Shown here piece after piece: positions 22,777 to 33,226 of a stretch of 64,000 bases of DNA (its first letter is position 1; each line of letters begins with the position of its first letter). A model generated the notes under the pieces. That model saw only the letters and a program-made list of their open reading frames with translations, made no database searches and was not told the DNA's origin. This DNA comes from Salinispira sp. (GTDB taxonomy: Bacteria > Spirochaetota > Spirochaetia > DSM-27196 > Salinispiraceae). The position numbers were made by a program, and so were the translations under genes. The DNA is taken from NCBI GenBank assembly GCA_965226555.1, contig CBDDDG010000014.1:160001-224000 (forward strand), read 5' to 3'.

Positions 22777-23859
22777 GTGTATATGAAATCGGAACATGCA
22801 GACGACTTATTCATTGAATTTCACCAACCCGTTAAGGAAGCAATTTCCGACTGTCTCACCATACTGCAGAATCAGAACCATCCCTTCGGAACGTTTAGCT
22901 CAGACACATTCAAAAATCTGAAAGAGTACACGCTCCGGGGAAAACTCATTCGCGGGAGTCTCGTTCCCTTCACCTATTTTAAACTGCCCGGGCGGCAGGT
23001 GCCGGAGAGCGATGTCTATGCCCTGAGCGCTGTTATGGAGATTTTTCAGAGTATGCTGCTGATACATGATGACATTATGGATCAGGATGCGCTCCGCAGA
23101 GGCAAACCGGCCATCCACCGGCTGTACGCCCGGGAGGCGGAGAAGGAGGGTATGAGAAATTTCAACCATTATGGGGAATGTATGGGTATCTGCATTGGCG
23201 ATATCGCAGTCTTTGCGGCCTTCGGCATTGTTTCCCGCCTGAATTGCGAGCCCGGAATTATCAGGGACATTCTGGAACTGTTTTCCCGTGAACTTATGCT
23301 TGTCGGAATGGCTCAAATGCAGGATCTGCGAAGTAGCGAAATTGCTCTCCGGCGCCTGAAATGGGATGATATTATAGATACCTACCGCTTCAAGACCGGC
23401 CGTTACACTTTCAGTCTTCCCATGAGCCTCGGCGCCATGCTTCGCGATACCGACAATACTATCAGACATAATCTTGAAACCCTTGGTGAATATCTTGGTA
23501 TCATATTCCAGATAAAAGATGATGAGATCGGTATGTTTGGTAATCCTGATGAGACAGGAAAACCGAATGACTCCGATCTTGCCGAGGGAAAAAAGACACT
23601 GTTCATGCATCTTCTCATGTCATCCCTGGAGGAATCTGGAAAGGTTGAGCTTAATAGGATACTCGAAAATTACCGCGGCGCAGATGATCTCGCGTGGGTG
23701 CGCGATAACATGGAACGCTGTTCAATACGCGAACACATTACTGAAACGCTTCGGGAGTATGCGGAAAAATGCGCCGACATTATTGATGCCCTCCCTCAAA
23801 CACCCTTCAGCGACCAGCTTCGGGTATTTCTGGCGTATAATCTCGACAGAGGTCATTAA
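22777..23859 (+). CDS. crtE: Polyprenyl (GGPP) synthase
   Basis: GKLIR, LIHDDIMD..RRG, KTGRY, FQIKDD, EGKKT. Confidence 0.8.
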   Translation: MYMKSEHADDLFIEFHQPVKEAISDCLTILQNQNHPFGTFSSDTFKNLKEYTLRGKLIRGSLVPFTYFKLPGRQVPESDVYALSAVMEIFQSMLLIHDDIMDQDALRRGKPAIHRLYAREAEKEGMRNFNHYGECMGICIGDIAVFAAFGIVSRLNCEPGIIRDILELFSRELMLVGMAQMQDLRSSEIALRRLKWDDIIDTYRFKTGRYTFSLPMSLGAMLRDTDNTIRHNLETLGEYLGIIFQIKDDEIGMFGNPDETGKPNDSDLAEGKKTLFMHLLMSSLEESGKVELNRILENYRGADDLAWVRDNMERCSIREHITETLREYAEKCADIIDALPQTPFSDQLRVFLAYNLDRGH

Positions 23860-24457
23860 TAAAGAACTCATGTATGCGGGTATCGGAAGTGAGTTCCGGG
23901 TGAAAGCCGCATGCGAGAATGTTGTTCTGCTGAATCATGACCGGGGAGTTTTCAAATTCCGATAGTATTCGGACATCGTCCGAACAATAGGTAATTCGCG
24001 GCGCCCGTATGAAAATTGCGGTGAAGGAATAGGGCGGTACTCTGCCGGTGTCGATGATCAGACTGCTTTCAAAACTTTCAATCTGGCTTCCGTAGGCATT
24101 ACGCTCAACTTCAATATCCAAAACTTCAAAGGTACATTCACAGCGCCCCGTCACCGTTTTTGCAAGAAGAATCATGCCTGCGCAGGTGCCGAAAACAGGC
24201 AGCCCGCCCCGTATTTTCTGAGCAATTGCCCGATCAAGCCCCCGCCGCCGCAGAAGCATTCCGATTGTTGTGCTCTCACCGCCCGGGAGAATGAGTCCAT
24301 GGCAGTCGTTCAGGTCTTCAGCGCGGCGGACTTCCACCCCCCGATGCCCAAGCGCAGTAACTTTTTGCATGTGTTGTGAAAAATCTCCCTGGAGGCTCAG
24401 CACAGCGATGGATTTCTGCGCGGGGCGGCGCGGTGCGGGGTGCGCGGGGTGGTGCAC
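23807..24457 (-). CDS. pdxT: PLP synthase glutaminase subunit
   Basis: LQGDF, PGGEST, GTCAG, FIRAP, FHPEL. Confidence 0.95.
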   Translation of the reverse strand: MHHPAHPAPRRPAQKSIAVLSLQGDFSQHMQKVTALGHRGVEVRRAEDLNDCHGLILPGGESTTIGMLLRRRGLDRAIAQKIRGGLPVFGTCAGMILLAKTVTGRCECTFEVLDIEVERNAYGSQIESFESSLIIDTGRVPPYSFTAIFIRAPRITYCSDDVRILSEFENSPVMIQQNNILACGFHPELTSDTRIHEFFINDLCRDYTPEIPEAGR

Positions 24458-24465
24458 GGTTTGCT

Positions 24466-25371
24466 TTACCAGCCCCGTTCTGCTAGGCGCTCGGTCGGCG
24501 GAATGCCGGCCGCGCTCATACCCCGCATGGGTTCTCCGAGGTTCCGGGATATTTCCAGCAGTTTGTCGGGTTCCCGGTAAAAGCTCACCGCATCGACGAT
24601 AGATCGTGCGCGTTTACTCGGATCCTCACTCTTGAAAATGCCTGAACCGACAAACACAGCCTCGGCTCCGAGCTGCATCATAAGAGCAGCATCAGCCGGT
24701 GTTGCTACACCGCCCGCAGAGAAATTAGGCACCGGCAGTTTCCCCGTTTGAGCTATTTCACTCACCATCTCAAAGGGGGCGCCAAGGTTTTTCGCTTCCG
24801 TCATACGTTGTTCTTTACTGAGACCCCGCAGAATTTGAATGCTGCCGTGAACAGTACGGAGATGCCGAACGGCCTCAACAATATCACCGGTACCTGCTTC
24901 ACCCTTGGTGCGGATCATTGCCGCTCCCTCGCCTATACGGCGCAATGCTTCACCGAGGTTACGGCAGCCGCATACAAAGGGCACCCGAAATTCATGCTTC
25001 CAGATATGATATTCCTCATCTGCCGGCGTCAGAACCTCACTCTCATCAATAAAATCAACACCAATGGACTCAAGTATCTGAGCTTCCACAAAATGTCCAA
25101 TTCGCGCCTTTGCCATAACAGGAATGGAAACAGCAGCCCGTATTTCTTCAATAAGCGCGGGGTCACTCATTCTGGCAACTCCGCCTTCTTTGCGGATATC
25201 CGCGGGAACACGTTCCAGCGCCATGACCGCCTGCGCGCCGGCATCCTCGGATATTTTCGCCTGCTCGGCATCAACAACATCCATAATAACGCCGCCTTTG
25301 AGCATCTCCGCAAGCCCAATTTTTGTGCGCCAAGTAGATTCCTGCCGTTCTGACCAGAATGTGGAATTCAT
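24466..25371 (-). CDS. pdxS: PLP synthase lyase subunit
   Basis: [29 protein letters not shown]; start placed at ATG 25371 after GAGGGG. Confidence 0.96.
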   Translation of the reverse strand: MNSTFWSERQESTWRTKIGLAEMLKGGVIMDVVDAEQAKISEDAGAQAVMALERVPADIRKEGGVARMSDPALIEEIRAAVSIPVMAKARIGHFVEAQILESIGVDFIDESEVLTPADEEYHIWKHEFRVPFVCGCRNLGEALRRIGEGAAMIRTKGEAGTGDIVEAVRHLRTVHGSIQILRGLSKEQRMTEAKNLGAPFEMVSEIAQTGKLPVPNFSAGGVATPADAALMMQLGAEAVFVGSGIFKSEDPSKRARSIVDAVSFYREPDKLLEISRNLGEPMRGMSAAGIPPTERLAERGW

Positions 25372-25778
25372 ATGCTGCCCCTCAGTAAAATTGTTTCCAT
25401 ACCTTGAGAGAATCAAGATAACAAAGCTTTGCTACTGGAAATTGTGCTTGCGCAATTTTCCAATTCAAAACTTTCTCACAGAAAGTATAGTGAAAAATTT
25501 TGCAAAATGCAAAAGTTTTTAGTAAGACAATATGCGATGTGTAAAGACCGATGTGAAATGCGATCGGGATATGCCGGGATATTTGATATTTGTGATCTAA
25601 TGTTATATACTCATTAAAAGTTTTGCTACTGGAAATTGTGCTCTACAAAATTTTCCAATGCAAAAATTGTTGTGCATAGGGTTTCTAAAACTGATATTAT
25701 GCCGCAACCGCAAAAATAATGGCGGAAACCGTCAGATTTTTTCTGGAGAAAAAACAATCATATTACTTGGAGGTATAT

Positions 25779-27346
25779 ATGAGACTTACGACATACAGTG
25801 GGGGGGGGGTAACCCTCTTCGCATTATGCTCAATTTTTATTGTATTGATTTCTGGATGCCCAATGCCGGAACCAAGCCCTGAACCCGAGCTAACCGTGCC
25901 GGGCACAATGGCTGCGCCAACCCTTGAAGTGGGGAATAAGGCACTCATTGCTGCATGGGCTGCGCCGGAAGATGATGGCGGCAGCCCCATTACCGGGTAT
26001 GAGCTGCAATATCGCACAGGCGGCGGAGAATGGACAGATATTTCCGGCATTACCGGCGCCAAGTACACTATTACGGGCTTGGCAAAAGCGACCGAGTACC
26101 ACGTACAGGCGCGCGCCGTCAATGCAATCGGCGCTGGCGGCTGGTCGGAATCTGCCGCTGCAACTCCTCCTGCCACTGTTCCTGACGCGTCGGCTGCCCC
26201 AACCCTTTATGCGGGAACTGGGCGGCTCGTTACGCGTCGGCTGCCCCAACCCTTTATGCGGGAACTGGGCGGCTCGTTGCGAGATGGGTTGCGCCGGAAG
26301 ATGATGGCGGCAGCGACATTATCGGGTATGAGCTGCAGTATCGCGCAGGCGATGGAGCATGGATGGAAATTACTGAAGGTATCACTGGCACAGACCACAG
26401 CATTACCGGACTGACAAACGACGCTCTCTACCAAGTACAGATGCGCGCTGTCAATGCGGTCGGCGCTGGACCATGGTCTGCACCCGCGCTGGGATCGCCG
26501 CTATTTTCTCCGACAGAGATTCCTTCGGGTGAGGAAGGGTCTATAAGCCCTTTGGCTGCCAATAATGCATTTATTACTGCCAGTATTGCCAATGAAAACC
26601 TGAACATCAGCGTTTTGTTGACCACGGTGGAATTGGGCTCTACTCTCACGGTTGAAGAAGGAGACCTTAAAGTAACCCCCGCAACTGCGCCCGCAGGAGT
26701 CACCATTCCGACAGTTGATACGAATACTGGAATTGTTACGGTTACCGCAAGTACAACGGCAGGAACATATGTAGTATATGGTGAAACAGAAAGCGGAGAC
26801 ATACTGTTTGCCGAATATTTCTATGTTACTGAGAGTCCTCAAGATAAAACCGAACTGCAAACAGCGGTAAATGCGGGGATATCAAAATGGGGCCAAACTG
26901 CCGATTTCAACTACATTATTACCACCGCAGTAAGGGATATGAGCACTATATTTGGTAACAAGAACTTATTCAATGGCGATATCTCACTCTGGAATACTGA
27001 ATCGGTAACGAATATGTTTTCTATGTTCAATCAAGCAACTGTATTCAATGGCGATATCTCACTCTGGAATACTGGATCGGTAACGAGTATGTTCAACATG
27101 TTCGTTGCCGCAAGAAAATTCAATAGCGATATCTCCGGTTGGGATGTCAGCAAAGTAACAAATACGACAGGTATGTTCAATAATGCAGTCGCATTCAATC
27201 AAGATCTTGAGGAGTGGAAGGAACATTGGACGCCCGAAACCGGCAACAAGCTTACTACCGCTGATACTCCCAAATATACCGGAGACTATGCAGGTATGTT
27301 TGCGAATTCCGGCGTGACAGGTGATCTGATTCCGTCATGGTATTAG
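25779..27346 (+). pseudogene. FN3 x2 + DUF285 lipoprotein, frameshifted by a 47-bp tandem duplication
   Basis: GGAGG + ATG 25779, G10 tract, lipobox ISGC; exact duplication 26185-26231/26232-26278. Confidence 0.85.
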
Positions 27347-27867
27347 GAGTTTCATAGCCCGCAGTGGCTATTGAAACGCTGCAACTCAACTCAGGCAGGC
27401 GCGGAAAAGAATCCGTGCCTGCCTTTTTCGATAGCTCTGCCCATGCGACTGTTGCTGAGACGATGGGCTCAGGTCAATATCTCAAAATAATAGAAACTTT
27501 TTGAAAAAATTTCTCATGTTATCATTCACTGTTCATATGTAACCCGTCTATAGTATGAGCAAAAAATATATCGGTATGGTGCCACTCTGACCCACGCTCA
27601 CTCAATTTTCGGGATATCTTACGCAGTCAGTCGGATATCGCCATAGACGCGCTATCCTGAGCGCACCCCTTCCCGTCCACTACCCGCATTCCCCCATCCC
27701 CTGAAAAAAATTCACACATTTTGCAAAATTCTTTCAAAAAAGATAGTTAAAAATGACCGTTTACCCGTCACAGATATAGAGGGGAGAATTCACCATGGGA
27801 CCATGTCGCCATGGGATCTCCCCTATTCAGAAAAAAACGTTCATAAGAAACATTCAGGAGGAATTAT

Positions 27868-28989
27868 ATGATCGATTTCAAAGAAAAACCCGCCCCCGTT
27901 CCCTACGACCAAGGCTACCGCTCTCTGCTGTTCCAACCCGCAATAATGCTCCAATTTCTGCAACGCTTTGTCGGAGGCGCATGGACGAAAAAACTCCGAA
28001 TAGAAGACATAACCATTGAAAACGGTACCTTTTTCATTGACCATGCGAAAACACGAATGGCCGACATTGTCTGCAAAATCAGGAGTCGGGATCACACGGG
28101 AGATGTTGCTATCTATGTGCTCCTTGAGCATCAGTCCGGCGTGGACAAAGACATGCCCTTCCGCATGTTGGAGTACACAAACCTTCTCTGCCGGAACATT
28201 CGCAGCTCCGGCACAATTCCCGATGACTGCGAGTTGGTATTTCTGCCCATTGTGTTTTATAATGGCACGAGAAAATGGAAGGTGCCGGGGAATGTCAGAA
28301 AGCAACGGAAGCGGGAATTCCCGCAGTATCTTGCTCCCTTTCCTTACGAGCTGATAAGCGAGAACGATTATTCTGCGGAGCAGCTGCAGCAGCGGGGAAG
28401 AATGTTTGCGGCTGTTATGTACCTTGATCTGTACTCGAAAAATCTGCTGAATACGGATTGGGACATTCGGAAGGTGGAGAAAGCGATAGCAGAAATGCTG
28501 AATGAAGAATCGCTGGAGCTGATAAAGGAATTTATCGGCGTGGTAGATTCGATGTTCGGAATTGTTATAGACTTTGACACGCTAATGAACCAGTTAGAAA
28601 GAACAAAAGAACCGAGAGGTAAGGAGGTAGCAAAAATGTTCAGAATGAATGCGGAAACATTCAAAGCGCGCATTGCGGAAATGGGTCGGCAGGAAGGACT
28701 GCGAACAGGTCGTGAAGAAGGACTTCAGACAGGATTGCAGACAGGTCGGCAGGAAGGACTGCAGACAGGTCGTGAAGAAGGACTTCAGACAGGATTGCAA
28801 ACAGGTCGTGAAGAAGGACTTCAGAAGGGGCTACAGACAGGCCGCGCGGAGGGGCATATTGAGGAGCGGAGAAAAAACGCCCGTAGTATGTTTTCCAAAG
28901 GATTTTCAGCCCATGACATTCAGGATGTTACCGGGCTGAGCGATGAGGAAATGCGGACATTTCAGAAAAACAAAAACGGTAAAGCGTAG
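27868..28989 (+). CDS. Rpn family nuclease (intact), internal start at 28636
   Basis: YDQGYR, ADIV, LLEHQS, PFRMLEY, PIVFYNG; GLQT/GRQE tail; AAGGAGG at 28621-28627. Confidence 0.9.
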   Translation: MIDFKEKPAPVPYDQGYRSLLFQPAIMLQFLQRFVGGAWTKKLRIEDITIENGTFFIDHAKTRMADIVCKIRSRDHTGDVAIYVLLEHQSGVDKDMPFRMLEYTNLLCRNIRSSGTIPDDCELVFLPIVFYNGTRKWKVPGNVRKQRKREFPQYLAPFPYELISENDYSAEQLQQRGRMFAAVMYLDLYSKNLLNTDWDIRKVEKAIAEMLNEESLELIKEFIGVVDSMFGIVIDFDTLMNQLERTKEPRGKEVAKMFRMNAETFKARIAEMGRQEGLRTGREEGLQTGLQTGRQEGLQTGREEGLQTGLQTGREEGLQKGLQTGRAEGHIEERRKNARSMFSKGFSAHDIQDVTGLSDEEMRTFQKNKNGKA

Positions 28990-29000
28990 CCGCGCCTCAT

Positions 29001-29123
29001 GGGCTGGTCGGAGGCTTGCGCCTCCTGCTCGCCATGCGTCCGGGCTGGTCGGAGGCTTGCGCCTCCTGCTCGCCATGCGTCCGGGCTGGTCGGAGGCTTG
29101 CGCCTCCTGCTCGCCATGCGTCC
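29001..29123 (+). repeat. 3 x 41-bp identical tandem repeat with internal hairpin
   Basis: GGGCTGGTCGGAGGCTTGCGCCTCCTGCTCGCCATGCGTCC three times, no spacers. Confidence 0.95.
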
Positions 29124-29349
29124 GGGGCGATTATTGAGTGAACGCTGAAACTTCAATATGTCTCCCGCGTCAATCATGTTGAATTCACAAAACTTTTAAT
29201 TAGTACTTGACATACAGGATATACTCAGATTACTATGGAAAAATGAATATGCGTTTTCGTCCGAAACATAGTTTTCTATCTCCTTCTCCATCCAGAATTG
29301 GGCGGATTGTGTGTGTTCACGTGGACTGAACTGAAAAGATATCAGCCAC

Positions 29350-29376
29350 AGCCCGCCAACCGGCGGGCTTTTTTTT
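29350..29376 (+). terminator. Leader terminator (attenuator) upstream of leuA
   Basis: AGCCCGCC-AACC-GGCGGGCT plus a T run, 44 bp before the ATG. Confidence 0.75.
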
Positions 29377-29420
29377 GCCTGCCGAAACGTTGCATTAAGG
29401 AGCCATTAAAGGAGGACGAT

Positions 29421-31148
29421 ATGGTAAAACAGGCAAAATATGAGGCCTTCACGCCGGTGAAATTGAAAGACAGGAAGTGGCCGGATGAACAAATCCGCGA
29501 AGCGCCCCTGTGGTGTTCGGTCGATCTGCGGGATGGGAATCAGGCCTTGCCGACTCCCATGAACATTGGAGAAAAGGAGCGGATGTTTGCGCTGCTTCTG
29601 AGTATCGGATTCAGGGAGATTGAGGTTGGCTTTCCCAGCGCCAGTCAGATTGAGTACGATTTTCTGCGGAGTCTGATTGATAATTCACTCATTCCCGATG
29701 ATGTCTGGGTGCAGGTTCTGACGCAGAGCAGAAAGCATCTTATTGAGCGCACAGTCGAGAGTCTTGAGGGCTGTAACAAGGCCATTATCCATCTTTATAA
29801 TTCAACTTCAGAACAGCAACGGCGCATTACCTTCCGTAAGAGTCGGGAGGAGATAAAGGATATTGCCGTTGCGGGTACCCAACAGGTTATTGATCTGCTT
29901 CCGCGTCTGGATGGAACGGAGGTTCGCTTTGAGTACAGCCCGGAGAGTTTTACCGGAACCGAGCTCGATTTTGCTGTGGAAGTGTGCGATGCGGTCATTG
30001 ACCTCTGGGAGCCCGAAAAACGGGGGCCCATGATCATCAACCTGCCGGCAACCGTGGAGCTCAGTACCCCGAACATCTACGCAGACCAAATTGAGTGGGT
30101 CTGCCGACATCTCAGGCGCCGCAGCGAGGTTCTCATTTCCCTTCACACCCACAACGACCGCGGAACAGGGGCCGCCGCAACCGAGTTGGGCCTGCTTGCC
30201 GGCGGCGAACGGGTGGAGGGCACCCTCTTCGGCAACGGCGAGCGCACCGGCAATGTCGACATTATCACTCTGGCCCTGAACCTTTTCAGCCAAGGGGTGG
30301 AACCCGGGCTCAACCTGCATGACATTCCCCGCATCCGCAGAATATATGAGGAAACTACCCGAATGAGCGTGCACGACCGCCACCCCTACGGCGGCGATCT
30401 GGTGTTCACTGCCTTCAGCGGCAGCCATCAGGATGCCATAAGCAAGGGCATGGCGCTGCAAAGCGGCGCCCCCGGCACGCCCAGCGGCGCTGCCGGGAAA
30501 AAACGCGGCACCCCCAGCGGCACGAAATGGGATGTACCTTATCTGCCCATTGACCCGCAGGACATCGGGCGCACATACAAGGCCATTATCAGAATTAATA
30601 GTCAGAGCGGGAAGGGCGGAGTTTCCTATGTTCTTGAAACCGACTATGGACTGCGTGTGCCCCGCAGTATGCAGCCGGAGCTTGGCACCTTCATTACTGT
30701 TATTTCCGACCGTCTGGTGCGGGAACTTTCGAGCGGGGAGATTTTCGATGCCTTCAGCACGGAGTATGTGAACCGGCAGGACAATCTTGTGCTGACCGAA
30801 TATAACCTGAGCCACCCGCATAACAGCAATGAGGTGTTTTTCAGGGGGATGCTTGATGCGCAGGGACAGGAACACGCGCTGACCGGCAGGGGAAACGGCC
30901 CCATGGACGCGTTTATGTCTGGTCTTAATGAGTTCTTCGGCGTTGAGCTGAGCATTGCGGAATATGAAGAGCAGGCCATCGGCATAGGCAGCGCCACCGA
31001 GGCTGCTGCCTACATTCGGGTTGTGGACGGCAGCGGTTCAGGCAGCTGGGGCGTTGGTCGCGACACCGACAGCTCCGCCGCCCACTTCACGGCAATTCTC
31101 TGCGCCATCAACCGCCGACAGGAACTCATTCCCGCTCATCTCCCCTGA
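29421..31148 (+). CDS. leuA: 2-isopropylmalate synthase
   Basis: WCSVDLRDGNQAL, HTHNDRG, GNGERTGN, RINSQSGKGG; GGAGG before ATG 29421. Confidence 0.96.
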   Translation: MVKQAKYEAFTPVKLKDRKWPDEQIREAPLWCSVDLRDGNQALPTPMNIGEKERMFALLLSIGFREIEVGFPSASQIEYDFLRSLIDNSLIPDDVWVQVLTQSRKHLIERTVESLEGCNKAIIHLYNSTSEQQRRITFRKSREEIKDIAVAGTQQVIDLLPRLDGTEVRFEYSPESFTGTELDFAVEVCDAVIDLWEPEKRGPMIINLPATVELSTPNIYADQIEWVCRHLRRRSEVLISLHTHNDRGTGAAATELGLLAGGERVEGTLFGNGERTGNVDIITLALNLFSQGVEPGLNLHDIPRIRRIYEETTRMSVHDRHPYGGDLVFTAFSGSHQDAISKGMALQSGAPGTPSGAAGKKRGTPSGTKWDVPYLPIDPQDIGRTYKAIIRINSQSGKGGVSYVLETDYGLRVPRSMQPELGTFITVISDRLVRELSSGEIFDAFSTEYVNRQDNLVLTEYNLSHPHNSNEVFFRGMLDAQGQEHALTGRGNGPMDAFMSGLNEFFGVELSIAEYEEQAIGIGSATEAAAYIRVVDGSGSGSWGVGRDTDSSAAHFTAILCAINRRQELIPAHLP

Positions 31149-31268
31149 GGCCTCCCCACATCCGGCCGCATCTGTCGAATCCCGCCGCCCCCAGCGATCC
31201 GGCCGCCCCGCCGGAGCGTGATGGGTAAATTGCGGTGAAATTGTGAACAACATGGGTCTCCCATGTTT

Positions 31269-31481
31269 CTAGCTATGCAAATTTTGAATCAATGATTCAC
31301 TTTTTTCTCTATGGGAAATAATAGATTTTGTTTGATTCTTTTTTCTCATTATTTCTTGTTTATCTCGTGATATAGGCAAAAGTAGTTCTTTCCATCTGTC
31401 TCCTATATTCGGTAAGGTGGTATCAATAAAAATCCTTGAATGCATCTGCGCTAATGCAAAAGTTTCGCTAAGTAATAACAA
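31269..31481 (-). pseudogene. AT-rich orphan 3' gene fragment, possibly from an R-M methylase/specificity protein
   Basis: IDTTLPNIGDRWKELLLPI resembles TRD-end motifs; no 5' part; composition differs from neighbours. Confidence 0.35.
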
Positions 31482-31606
31482 GGTGAATTCGCCTAATCTT
31501 CTCTCAGTCGCTTTACTTTAAATATCATGCGTGAAATACTGAAGTTCTTATATATATTTCTGGGGGTATCACCCTCCGAAACATTCTTCAGACCGAGGAG
31601 GATACT

Positions 31607-32419
31607 ATGAAGAATACGAAAATAATCCAGAATACCGGATTGTTGATTTTACTTGCCTATGCTTTTCTTATTATTGCATGTGCTGCTGATCCAGACGGGG
31701 ACTCAGTTAGTTCTGAAGGTTCATCGCTTGATCGCATACTCGCAGATGGAGTTATTCGTGTGGGAACCACGGGCGATTATTACATGAGCTTTATCGATTC
31801 AGAAAGTGGCGAACGCTCTGGCCATGACATTGATGTGGTCAGCAAGCTCGCTGCCGATATGGGCGTAGAGGTTGAATGGGTTCCTACCGATTGGGCAAAC
31901 CTGCTCAGCGGTATAGTTGCCGGCAAGTATGACATTACCACCGGCGCAAGTTTCAACATGGGACGGGCCAAAACAGCAGGATATACGCTTCCCATTATCG
32001 GTGTTGGTACTGTTCCTCTGGTTCTCGCAGAGAATGTTGCCCGCTATTCCGACTGGGATGATGTTAATGATCCTTCGGTAATTGTCGCAGCTCGTCTTGG
32101 GACAGTTTTTGAAGATCAGGCTCGCGCGCTTGTTCCGTCAGCCGATCTGCGGCTTATTTCATCACCTGCCACCGAATATCAAGAGATACTCGCGGGCAAG
32201 GCAGATGTTGCCGTTACCAGTTTATTCGATGCCACAAACCTGGTCGGGCAGTATCCCGAACTGGCCATCGCGCCTGTTACACCGGCAGCGCAGAATGTCA
32301 TTGGCATGTTAACACCGAGGGATGATCAGGAACTCATCAACTACATCAATGTATGGATCACTATGCAGGAAAGAAATGGGTTTCTTGAGGAAACTCGGAG
32401 AAAATGGAACCTGCAGTAG
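31607..32419 (+). CDS. Polar amino-acid ABC transporter substrate-binding lipoprotein
   Basis: Lipobox IIAC, RVGTTGDY, GKYDI. Confidence 0.88.
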   Translation: MKNTKIIQNTGLLILLAYAFLIIACAADPDGDSVSSEGSSLDRILADGVIRVGTTGDYYMSFIDSESGERSGHDIDVVSKLAADMGVEVEWVPTDWANLLSGIVAGKYDITTGASFNMGRAKTAGYTLPIIGVGTVPLVLAENVARYSDWDDVNDPSVIVAARLGTVFEDQARALVPSADLRLISSPATEYQEILAGKADVAVTSLFDATNLVGQYPELAIAPVTPAAQNVIGMLTPRDDQELINYINVWITMQERNGFLEETRRKWNLQ

Positions 32420-33222
32420 GTAATAAACCACGTTCACGTGAGAATATTGTCTGGACAATTGTCGGATTCGCTGTTGTTACAATGGCCATCGTTCTTATTT
32501 CCGCTGTTATTGCCCGAAACAGCAGTAACAGCGGGTATAAGTGGGGATGGTACACCGTTACCCCTTGGACTTCCCAGGGTCTGAAAAACAGCCAATTTCT
32601 GATTCAGGGGTTTTTATCGACCATTGCCGCCGCATTCATTGCCTTTATGCTTTCATCGAGCATTGGGCTGCTCATCGCCCTCATTGGCTTTATTCCGTCA
32701 GTGCCCGCGAAATTGTTTAACCGGGTCTGGGTTGAGTCCTTTCGCGCTGTTCCTGTTCTGGTCATGCTCTTATGGGTATATTACGGACTGGCAATTTCCA
32801 TTGGACTGAATCTCAATTTGTTTACAGCGACCATATTGGCGATGGCCCTCTGCGATTCCGCCTTTGAAGCTGAAATATTCAGAGGAGGCATTCAGAGTAT
32901 AGGAAAGGATCAGCATGAAAGCGCCCGAGCCATTGGTCTTAAGCCCTCGCAGACCATGAGGATTGTCGTACTGCCTCAGGCAATACGGCGTATTCTGCCG
33001 CCGCTGGGGAATCAGTTTGTTTACATGCTTAAAGTGAGTAGCTTAGCCTCCGTTATTGGTTTCGGAGAACTTACCCGTAAGGCAAATGAACTCATTACCA
33101 CGGAATATCGTCCGCTTGAAATATATACCTTTCTGATTCTGGAATATCTCGTTCTCATACTTGTTGCCAGTTGGCTTGTTCGTATTCTCGAGAGAAAACT
33201 CCGGAAAAGCTATTCGGAATAG
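32404..33222 (+). CDS. Amino-acid ABC transporter permease
   Basis: FRAVP, AEIFRGG..Q.E.A.A.G, LPQA.RRILP. Confidence 0.9.
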   Translation: MEPAVGNKPRSRENIVWTIVGFAVVTMAIVLISAVIARNSSNSGYKWGWYTVTPWTSQGLKNSQFLIQGFLSTIAAAFIAFMLSSSIGLLIALIGFIPSVPAKLFNRVWVESFRAVPVLVMLLWVYYGLAISIGLNLNLFTATILAMALCDSAFEAEIFRGGIQSIGKDQHESARAIGLKPSQTMRIVVLPQAIRRILPPLGNQFVYMLKVSSLASVIGFGELTRKANELITTEYRPLEIYTFLILEYLVLILVASWLVRILERKLRKSYSE

Positions 33223-33226
33223 GTGC

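Noticed and set aside
29001..29123. Possible CRISPR array
   Set aside because: Units are contiguous and identical with no spacers, and there are no cas genes in the window.
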